Assembly (NCBI GenBank): GCA_028864975.1
Contig: JAGWLG010000006.1
Coordinates: 63,878 to 127,877, forward strand
Direction of reading: 5' to 3'
Source of the DNA: Thermoplasmata archaeon
Lineage (GTDB): Archaea; Thermoplasmatota; Thermoplasmata; Lutacidiplasmatales; UBA184
Length of the DNA stretch: 64,000 nucleotides
A program made the position numbers and the translations under genes. Positions 54,847 to 62,376 of the stretch are shown here, one piece after another. The notes under the pieces were generated by a model. That model had not been told where the DNA came from. It saw only the letters and a program-made list of their open reading frames with translations, and did not search any database. Each line of letters begins with the position of its first letter. Positions within the stretch are counted from its first letter, which is position 1.

Positions 54847-57694
54847 CGGGGTCCCCCTGCGCGAGATCCCCCCTCGGTGTCGCACGGTACGAGATGCCGG
54901 TCGCAGAACCGGAAAGTGCGACCTGGCGCTCGACATGCCATGAGGTCAGGTCCCACGGTCCGAGGAACGGCTGCGCGTCCTCTCCGTGTCCCGTCAGCCG
55001 GTTCAGCTCGACCTCGAGGTATTCGCCGTCGGTCTCGATCTCGGGGGTCAACGCTTGTTCGTTCTCGGAGGCCTGGAGCAAGGAGACCAGGAGCATCGGT
55101 CCGGAAGGCTTGGTCCATCCCACCTTGCGGAAGAGCTCGCGCGCCTCCTTGGCCTTGGGGTCCGTGAGCAGGCCCATGAGGGCGCGGTAGGTGGGGCCGT
55201 CCCGCACCTCGGCGGCCGGACGGCCGAGGCGACCCTGGCCTTTCTTGCTTCGGAGCACCTGCAACCAGGCGTCAGCTGTTGTGAGGTCGGCGCGCGCCCA
55301 GACGTCCCCGGCGACGCCCGGGGCAACGCCGCCACTCGGGCCGACTCCAGGCGCCGTGGCGAAGGAGGACGCGGTACCCACCGCCTGCTGCTCCGCTTCG
55401 AGCGCGTAGAAGCCCCCGCCGGAGTCCTTTCGAATGTGCACGGTGAGCAGAGTATCGGAGGAGGCATCGTGCCAACGCAGGACGACGTACCGGTCGAGGT
55501 CCACGTCGTACGCAAAGAGCTCCCGAAGCGCGGCGGCGACCTTCGGAGCCTCGGAGCCTCGGGAAAGGTCCGACAACCGCTCCAGCGGAACGCCCGAGGC
55601 CCCTGCGGGGTGAGACTCCAGGTCGTCCACGAAGGCTTGGGCGACCTTCGCCCGCGTCCGTCCGGAGGGTGAGCGAGCGCTCATCCACTCCGGTTCGGAG
55701 AAGGCGACGTAGATCATCCCTACGAAGAAGACGACCACGATGACGTAGGCCGGGACGTAGGTCAGGAGACGCTGGGCGCTGATGGTGGCCGACCAGGTCG
55801 CCCCCTGCGCCAGGTCGACCAGAAAGCGCGCCTCCGTCCCAGCCCAGATCGCGAAGACGGAGAGGTAGAGCAGGGAGGCGGCCCACGTGGTCCGACGCGA
55901 CCCTCCGAGGTTCCAGGTCGAGAAGGCGGCCCATCCGAAGAAGATCGTCAGCGACAGGAGCGCGAGGAAGGCGACCACCGCGACTAGGCTGAGCCCTCCC
56001 CCGATGACGAACGAGCTTGGGGTCCCGAAGAGGGACCCGGCGACGAGGTCTGCGACCGCCCGAGAGATCTCCGCGAGACCGAGCACGAAAAGGTAGGAGG
56101 CCACACGGACGGTCGGGAGGGCGAGGACTCGATCCGGTGCGTTCTGCTTCCGGAAGCGAGAGAAGAGCAGCCCCCCCCACTCCGCCAGTGGATACAGGCA
56201 GAGCACCAGGGCAGGGGGACCCAACACCGCCGCGGGGACCGCAAGGGATTCGAGAGGTGTGAGCAGGTGGCCGTGGAAGGCCGAGTACACGCCCACGAAG
56301 GTGATCGACTCGGCGACCACGAATGTGGCGAAGAGCACCAAGAGGACTGGGAGCGCGCGGACCAGGGCCCGTGCCGTGAGCGCGGACGTGGCGTTGCCCA
56401 TCCGAGCCAGCAGGGAGAGCCCCTCCTCCGCGTCGGAAGAGGGGGCGAAGACGCCGCGGAAGGCGGGACCGACCGTGGCCGAGGGGGACGCGGAGGTCCC
56501 CTGGCGGGCTCGCTCGAACCATCCCTGGGCGATGTCCCGGAGCAGCTTCCTCATCCTTTCGGGGTCTTGGAGGTGCCCACGCAAGATCGGGACCAGCGTG
56601 CTGAGGTGCGAGGCCGCGCGCGCGAGCTGGGGTGCGGGAACGTCCGCGACCTGCTCCTCGAGGGAGCGCCAGGGGACCTCGTTGAGCGTTCGAACGGCAT
56701 CGATCAAGGGGGTGCCTTCGACGATGTCGACCAAGAGCAGGCGACGAACGTCCGGAAGGTCCTCCTGGGCCGCTGTCCGATAGGGAGAGGGAGCGGGGGA
56801 AGCCGCTGGGGAGACTACGGGGGCCACCGAGGGAGGGCGGGCCGCGACCGGGGCCACGGGACGTACGGTGACGACGGGGGCTGGGATCAGGCGGACGGTG
56901 GGACCGGAGCCGGTGGTCGTCGGAGGGCCTCTTGGGGTGCTCCAGCTCGAGGTTGGGGGCGCGGGACCGGGTCCTCCGACAGGACGGACGCCTTGTGGCA
57001 TGGTCGGCGGAGGGGCCCACGTGGCGACCGGGGGAGGGACCTGACGGGTCGGGACCGCGAACGGAGGAGGACGACCTCCTGATGGAAGCAACGGAGTGCG
57101 CACGTAGGGAGAGGGGCCCATGGGGGGCGGGGGCTCCGCGGGAGCCCGGTCGGCCCGGGCGGCCCGGCGCGAGACCCATGTGCCGACCCCGATGCCCAGG
57201 ACCGCCGCGATCATCGCCCCCAAGAGGAGCAAACTGACGTCCGAAGGAGGGCCAGGAGGAGGTGTCGCCTGGATGACCTGCGACGCGGACGCGTGGGCTA
57301 ACGCACCATCGCTGGCGTAGAGCTGGACCACGTAGGTACCAGGAGACGTGTAGTTGTGGTGGGCGACCGTCCCTGTTCCGACCGACCCGTCGCCGAACGC
57401 CCAAGAGAACTGGTAGGGGGGGACCCCTCCCGAGACCTCCGCCATGAAGGTCTCGTTGAGGGGAGCAGCTCCCTGGAACGAGGAGACGGAGAAGTTCACC
57501 ACGAACTGGGGTGCGATGGACACAGGGCCCTGCAGAGGGATCTCGCTGCGGGTCCCCGCCCAAGGTGCCCGCGAGGGCGCTGCGCCCGGGCTGGCCGAGG
57601 GAGCGAACACCGGGAGGGACAGCAGGGGGATAAGCGCGAGCAGGAGAAGCAGCGAGGCGACTCGAAGCGAGCGCCCCTGCCGACGCCGCACCAT
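54818..57694 (-). CDS. membrane protein: signal peptide, PKD domain, TM, Pro-rich linker, about 6 further TM helices, soluble C-terminal domain
   Basis: PKD motif VSGGVPPYQFSWAFGDG...HHNYTSPGTY; hydrophobic segments counted by eye; ATG at 57694. Confidence 0.8.
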   Translation of the reverse strand: MVRRRQGRSLRVASLLLLLALIPLLSLPVFAPSASPGAAPSRAPWAGTRSEIPLQGPVSIAPQFVVNFSVSSFQGAAPLNETFMAEVSGGVPPYQFSWAFGDGSVGTGTVAHHNYTSPGTYVVQLYASDGALAHASASQVIQATPPPGPPSDVSLLLLGAMIAAVLGIGVGTWVSRRAARADRAPAEPPPPMGPSPYVRTPLLPSGGRPPPFAVPTRQVPPPVATWAPPPTMPQGVRPVGGPGPAPPTSSWSTPRGPPTTTGSGPTVRLIPAPVVTVRPVAPVAARPPSVAPVVSPAASPAPSPYRTAAQEDLPDVRRLLLVDIVEGTPLIDAVRTLNEVPWRSLEEQVADVPAPQLARAASHLSTLVPILRGHLQDPERMRKLLRDIAQGWFERARQGTSASPSATVGPAFRGVFAPSSDAEEGLSLLARMGNATSALTARALVRALPVLLVLFATFVVAESITFVGVYSAFHGHLLTPLESLAVPAAVLGPPALVLCLYPLAEWGGLLFSRFRKQNAPDRVLALPTVRVASYLFVLGLAEISRAVADLVAGSLFGTPSSFVIGGGLSLVAVVAFLALLSLTIFFGWAAFSTWNLGGSRRTTWAASLLYLSVFAIWAGTEARFLVDLAQGATWSATISAQRLLTYVPAYVIVVVFFVGMIYVAFSEPEWMSARSPSGRTRAKVAQAFVDDLESHPAGASGVPLERLSDLSRGSEAPKVAAALRELFAYDVDLDRYVVLRWHDASSDTLLTVHIRKDSGGGFYALEAEQQAVGTASSFATAPGVGPSGGVAPGVAGDVWARADLTTADAWLQVLRSKKGQGRLGRPAAEVRDGPTYRALMGLLTDPKAKEARELFRKVGWTKPSGPMLLVSLLQASENEQALTPEIETDGEYLEVELNRLTGHGEDAQPFLGPWDLTSWHVERQVALSGSATGISYRATPRGDLAQGDPVSQAAAGAR

Positions 57695-57850
57695 CGTTCT
57701 CCGAGACAGAGAAGCTGCCTGATAATACCGGCTTGAACCGGAAGGAACCCGGGGCAGGTCGGGTTCCACGAAGACGCAGCTTGGTCCCCCACCAAGCCTA
57801 TATCGGGAACCCTTGTCGGCCCCTCCCGGCGAGGGCGACCGCGGAGGCCC

Positions 57851-59029
57851 GTGACCGACGAAGACCTGTTGCTGGACGACGCGAAGGAGGCCTTTGGGGC
57901 CGGCGTCGTGGGTCCCTGCGACATCTGCGGCGTCCGCCAGGCCGTGATCGTCCTTTCGAAGGAACGCTTCAAGCTCTGCGTCCTGGACTTCCTTAACAAG
58001 AGCTGGATCAAGACCGCCTCGCCTCCGGCCGCTCACACCGCCCCCTTCCACTCAACGACGGTCTTCCTGCCCACGCGGGCCGTGCCGGGGGGCACGGTGC
58101 CCGTCATCGTCCTCTCTCCCAACAAGGAGATCAAGCACCCGAGCGCCCTGGTGGTGCCCGAGGTCTACGGGCTCACGACCCAGGTGATCGAGGCCGGGGT
58201 CCGCCTTGCTCACGAGGGATACGAGGTGGCGATCCCCGACTTCGTCCGGATCCACGGGATGAACCTCTGGACGTGGGGGAAGCTGAGAGCCTCGAAGGTC
58301 CTCCTGGACGGGGTCCACATCTCCCAGTCGTCCCGGGGTCGGGCCTATCGCATCTTGGAGGACTGCAGGAAGTACCTGCTCACGAGGCCGCTGGTCAACC
58401 CTGAACGCCAAGCGGTCGTGGGCCTCTCCTACGGGGGGTCCCTCGCCTTGGGGTATGCGGCACAGACCCCAGGCCTGGCGGGGGTCGCCGTGGCCTACCC
58501 CTACATGATCCATCCGGAGAGCTGGCTGCAATACATCCGCTGTCCGGTGTTCGTGGTGGCGGGGGGGTCCGATCCCAAGGCCGGCACGGCCCTCGACGCC
58601 CTTCATCTCGCTGCGGGGCGCTATGGCATCAATCTCGGGACCATGGTCGTCCCAGGAGCTGGGCATCACTTCCTGAGTCGCGTGCACTCTGGCTACTCCG
58701 CTCCGGAGGCCGAGAAAGCGTGGACCCGGATGATGGCGTTCATGGGACATTGCCTCGCTCCCCCGGTACCGAAGGCCCCGCCCAGGCCGCCGGTCCCTCC
58801 CTCTGTCGTGGCGGCCAAGCCGGCGGCTGCCCCGAAGCCGGCGCCAGTCCCCCCTGCTCCCGTGAGCGCACCGCTCTCTCCACCACCCGCGGCGCCGCCC
58901 GCGAGCCCTCTTCCTGCCTCACCACCGCCGCCCTCGCCGACCCCGTCTCCTCGGCCAACCTCCGGGGCCCCACCGCCCCCGACCCCGAAGGGTGCGCGAG
59001 GTCGTGGGTCGAGACCGGCGGCGGCCTGA
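57851..59029 (+). CDS. dienelactone hydrolase family alpha/beta hydrolase with N-terminal Cys cluster and Pro-rich tail
   Basis: VPEVYG, nucleophile elbow GLSYGG, GGSDP, GAGHHF; N-terminal CDIC...C. Confidence 0.8.
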   Translation: MTDEDLLLDDAKEAFGAGVVGPCDICGVRQAVIVLSKERFKLCVLDFLNKSWIKTASPPAAHTAPFHSTTVFLPTRAVPGGTVPVIVLSPNKEIKHPSALVVPEVYGLTTQVIEAGVRLAHEGYEVAIPDFVRIHGMNLWTWGKLRASKVLLDGVHISQSSRGRAYRILEDCRKYLLTRPLVNPERQAVVGLSYGGSLALGYAAQTPGLAGVAVAYPYMIHPESWLQYIRCPVFVVAGGSDPKAGTALDALHLAAGRYGINLGTMVVPGAGHHFLSRVHSGYSAPEAEKAWTRMMAFMGHCLAPPVPKAPPRPPVPPSVVAAKPAAAPKPAPVPPAPVSAPLSPPPAAPPASPLPASPPPPSPTPSPRPTSGAPPPPTPKGARGRGSRPAAA

Positions 59030-59063
59030 GGGCCCCCCGCGGGAGTTGTTTCTCCCGGCCGTG

Positions 59064-60065
59064 TTACTTTCGAAGGCCGAACGCTTCGGAGAAACGTCGC
59101 ATCGAGCCGGCCACAACGGAAGGCGGGAGCCCTCCGAAGTCGAAGATCCCGAGGAGGTCGGTCACGCCGGCCTTCTCGATCGCCGCGACCTTCGGGACCA
59201 GCTGCGACCCCTCACCGATCAAGACCAGGCCACGACGGTCGAGCCCGTCGACCGTGGCCATGTCCGGGGCTTCCGAGATGCGCGCCTCGTAGTTGGAGCT
59301 CCCGGTGGCGATCCGCGAGTCCAGGTAGCGCTGCAGCGCCGCCCGCGCTCCCGCGGTCCGGGACCCGACAAAGACATGGAAGGCTGCGGCGACGCGGCCC
59401 GCTGCCCCGCCGTTGGGGAGCTGAGCCCGGTACTCCCGGATGTTCCTCGCCAGCTCGTCCAGGCCTGCGACGGAAGCGTAGGGGATGAGCGCGACCGGAA
59501 GCCCCCGTTTGGACACGAACGGGAGTGCTTCGCGACGCTGGGCGGCCATCCACAGAGGGGGGTGAGGTTGCTGCACGGGCCGCACGTTCAGGGTCACAGT
59601 CGCTCCCGGGTGGACCGAGACTGCGAGCGGCTCCCCCCGGAGCGCGGCCACGAACTCGGGGAGGGCGGCATCGAACCGGTCACGACGCTGGCCCGGAGTG
59701 AGCCCGAAACCCTCGAGCTCCTGCGGGATGTACCCGGCGCCGACCCCGATCTCGAGACGGCCGCCGGATAGTCGGTCGACGAGGGCGTACTGCTCAGCAA
59801 GCTCTCGAGGCTGATGGAACGGAAGGACGGCCACCATGACGCCGAGGCGGACCCTGCGGGTCTCCCTCGCGGCCGCCGCAAGCCAGACGGGAGGGGCCGG
59901 GAGCACCCCGCCGTGGTGGAAGTGATGCTCCGCTACCCAGAACGTCTCGAAACCGTCCCGGTCCGCTTCACGAACCTGCCCGAGGGCCTCTTCGTACCGG
60001 TCCGCCCGGTGGCCGGTGCGAAGCTCCGTATCGTCGTCAAGGACGCTGAAGACCGAGAAGCGCAC
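59064..60065 (-). CDS. LLM-class flavin-dependent oxidoreductase (luciferase-like)
   Basis: GFETFWVAEHHF, LAEQYALVDRLSGGRLEIGVGAGY, PVQQPHPPLW. GTG start at 60065. Confidence 0.88.
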   Translation of the reverse strand: MRFSVFSVLDDDTELRTGHRADRYEEALGQVREADRDGFETFWVAEHHFHHGGVLPAPPVWLAAAARETRRVRLGVMVAVLPFHQPRELAEQYALVDRLSGGRLEIGVGAGYIPQELEGFGLTPGQRRDRFDAALPEFVAALRGEPLAVSVHPGATVTLNVRPVQQPHPPLWMAAQRREALPFVSKRGLPVALIPYASVAGLDELARNIREYRAQLPNGGAAGRVAAAFHVFVGSRTAGARAALQRYLDSRIATGSSNYEARISEAPDMATVDGLDRRGLVLIGEGSQLVPKVAAIEKAGVTDLLGIFDFGGLPPSVVAGSMRRFSEAFGLRK

Positions 60066-60144
60066 GCCCCAGCACCCCGGCAGAGATATACGAGGGTTAG
60101 CGTGCGGATGAGGGCCCCTGGGACCGAGCGGAGGAGGACTGACG

Positions 60145-61401
60145 ATGGGCGCGCCTTGGCGCTCCGGCTCCTCGTTCTCGTTCCGAAAGCTTGCGATCGG
60201 GGTCCTCCTGTTCAACGCGTCAGGGGGGATCCTCTACGCGATCCTCCCGCTCTTCGAGTTCGAAAGGCCCGGCGGAGGCGCCTTTCTCGCGACCCTGATC
60301 GTGGGGGTTCCCCTCATCGCCTCCACCCTGGGGACGTTCTTCTGGGGAGCTCTCTCGGACCACTGGGGTAGGCGACGCGAGCTCCTGGCCACAGGGGTGC
60401 TCGCCCAATCGGTCCTCTTCCTCCTGTTCCCGTTCCTCACCCCTTGGGGGCTCCTTTCGGTCAGGATCCTTCAGGCGTTCCTGGGGTCGAGCGTCGCGCT
60501 GGCGACGGCGGTGGCCACAGAGGACCCCTCCCGGACCGCGGGGTCTGGCCTCGGTAGCCTCTCGCTCTGGGGCTCCCTCGGCTCCGTGGTGGGGACCGCG
60601 GCCGGCCTGCCCTTCATCACCGTACCGCAGTTCACGCTCCACTCCACCTCCGCTATGCTCCTCTTCGTCCTGTTGGGAGCCTTCTCCGCGGTCTCGGTCC
60701 TCTTCCTCCTGGGGACCGGAGAGCTCCCACGGAGGCGGTCGATGGTTCGTCGGAAGGACCTCCTACACTTCCGCGACGGGCGGACCATTCTCCTCCTCTG
60801 CGTCGCCACCGCCGTGGTCGGCGGAGCGAACTACGTGGTCTACACGCTCTTCCCGCTCTGGGTCCGGTGGGAGCTAGCGCCCCAGCATTTCTGGGGTCCG
60901 GCCGTGAGCGCGACCGAGGACCTTGCCATCCTCTCCATCGGTGCCTCGATGGGGGGAGTCCTGGTCTCCCTGTGGGCCGGGCGGGCGGCGGAGGACGGCA
61001 GGGACCGACGTTGGCTCTACGTCGTCGCCCCCGTTCTCTATTGCTTGCTGTGGCTGGGCCTGGCCTTCATCCACTACTACCCTGTGGACTTCCTGATCTG
61101 GGCTGTCCCGGGCTACGTCCTGCTCTCCATTCCGATCCTGCGTGAGATCGCCGGGCGGACCGACCCCGAGGAGCGTGGTCGGGCCGTCGGGCTCTGGAAC
61201 GCGTCCTTCAGCTCCGGGGGGCTCGTGGGGACCCTCGTCGCTGGACTGGCGTACTCTGGGCCTCCTTCCTTCGCACGGCTCTTCGTTCTGGCAGCCGCCG
61301 TCGATCTTGCGGCTTCCGTGGGATTCGTGAGCATTCCGACGAGCGGTTCTGGCTCCCAAGGGACGGCCGCCGGACCGGCGACTCCACCCCAAGACGCATA
61401 A
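60145..61401 (+). CDS. MFS transporter
   Basis: Motif A WGALSDHWGRRR, ERGRAVGLWN; about 12 TM. Confidence 0.86.
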   Translation: MGAPWRSGSSFSFRKLAIGVLLFNASGGILYAILPLFEFERPGGGAFLATLIVGVPLIASTLGTFFWGALSDHWGRRRELLATGVLAQSVLFLLFPFLTPWGLLSVRILQAFLGSSVALATAVATEDPSRTAGSGLGSLSLWGSLGSVVGTAAGLPFITVPQFTLHSTSAMLLFVLLGAFSAVSVLFLLGTGELPRRRSMVRRKDLLHFRDGRTILLLCVATAVVGGANYVVYTLFPLWVRWELAPQHFWGPAVSATEDLAILSIGASMGGVLVSLWAGRAAEDGRDRRWLYVVAPVLYCLLWLGLAFIHYYPVDFLIWAVPGYVLLSIPILREIAGRTDPEERGRAVGLWNASFSSGGLVGTLVAGLAYSGPPSFARLFVLAAAVDLAASVGFVSIPTSGSGSQGTAAGPATPPQDA

Positions 61402-61424
61402 GCGACCGCGCTCCACGGTGCCCC

Positions 61425-62246
61425 ATGCGGATCCCTTGTCGGAGGGTCTCAGAGGGCAGGGCCCAAGGTCCGGTGGCGCTGAGCACGGCCCCCCTCTCCT
61501 TCCTGGGGGAGATCGACCCCGCCACGGGGAAGGTCGACAACTCGGCCAGCGAGCTCAACGGTCAGAGCGTGCGCGGGCAGGTCCTGGTCTTCCCCATGGC
61601 GCGAGGAAGTACGGTCGGACCCTACGTGATCTACGGAGCAGGAAAGCGTGGAGTGGGACCCGTCGCCATGGTCGTGAAGGAGGCCGATGCCATCGTGGCC
61701 TCTGCTGCGGTCATTGCCAAGATCCCCTGCGTCGACCACATCGACATCGATCTCTTCCGCCAGGGGGAGCAGGTCGAGGTGGATGCCACGGGGGGTTCGG
61801 TCGTTCTCTCGGACGTCAAAGAGACCCGAGTGGTGACCGCGATCCTCCAGGACTCGAACCGGAAGATCCTCCTGCTCAAGCGCTCGAGCAAGGTGGGCTC
61901 CTACGCCGGGCGATGGGCTGGTGTCAGTGGATACCTCGAACGGGTGGCTCCTCTGGAGCAAGCGTACAAGGAAGTCGAGGAAGAGGTCGGGATCCGCCGG
62001 GATCGTCTGACCCTCGTTCGCGAAGCGACCCCGGTCTACGCCCGTCACGAGAAGGAAGTGTTCGTGGTACAGCCCTTTTTGTTCCGAGTTCAGGGGCCGA
62101 AGGTCCAACTGGACTGGGAACATACCGAGTACGAATGGGTAGACCCAGGGGAGATCCGCCGACGGGAGACCGTACCGAAGCTACTCGAGGTCTGGCACGC
62201 TCTCGAGGGCTCGGAGGCCCGTGGCAAGGCGGCTCCCGCTCCGTAA
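61425..62246 (+). CDS. DUF126 (aconitase X swivel / phosphomevalonate dehydratase small subunit-like) - Nudix hydrolase fusion
   Basis: N-terminus LSFLGEIDPATGKV..GQSVRGQVLVFPMARGSTVGPYVIY. C-terminus WAGVSGYLE...AYKEVEEEVGI, LDWEHTEYEWV. Confidence 0.88.
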   Translation: MRIPCRRVSEGRAQGPVALSTAPLSFLGEIDPATGKVDNSASELNGQSVRGQVLVFPMARGSTVGPYVIYGAGKRGVGPVAMVVKEADAIVASAAVIAKIPCVDHIDIDLFRQGEQVEVDATGGSVVLSDVKETRVVTAILQDSNRKILLLKRSSKVGSYAGRWAGVSGYLERVAPLEQAYKEVEEEVGIRRDRLTLVREATPVYARHEKEVFVVQPFLFRVQGPKVQLDWEHTEYEWVDPGEIRRRETVPKLLEVWHALEGSEARGKAAPAP

Positions 62247-62304
62247 GGCCCCCAGCGGAGGCGCATCGCTCCCTTCATAGCAAGGTCCCGGTCCGGGAGT
62301 CTAA

Positions 62305-62376
62305 GGGCGCGTAGATCAGCGGAAGATCGCCTGATTTGCAATCAGGAGGTCTCGGGTTCAAATCCCGACGCGTCCA
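62305..62376 (+). tRNA. tRNA-Ala(TGC)
   Basis: GGGCGCGTAGATCAGCGGAAGATCGCCTGATTTGCAATCAGGAGGTCTCGGGTTCAAATCCCGACGCGTCCA: cloverleaf, anticodon TGC, G3.U70 Ala identity pair. Confidence 0.96.

Noticed and set aside
58780-59000. Pro-rich low-complexity repeats (also 56800-57150)
   Set aside because: These are coding linkers without exact DNA periodicity, not independent repeat elements.
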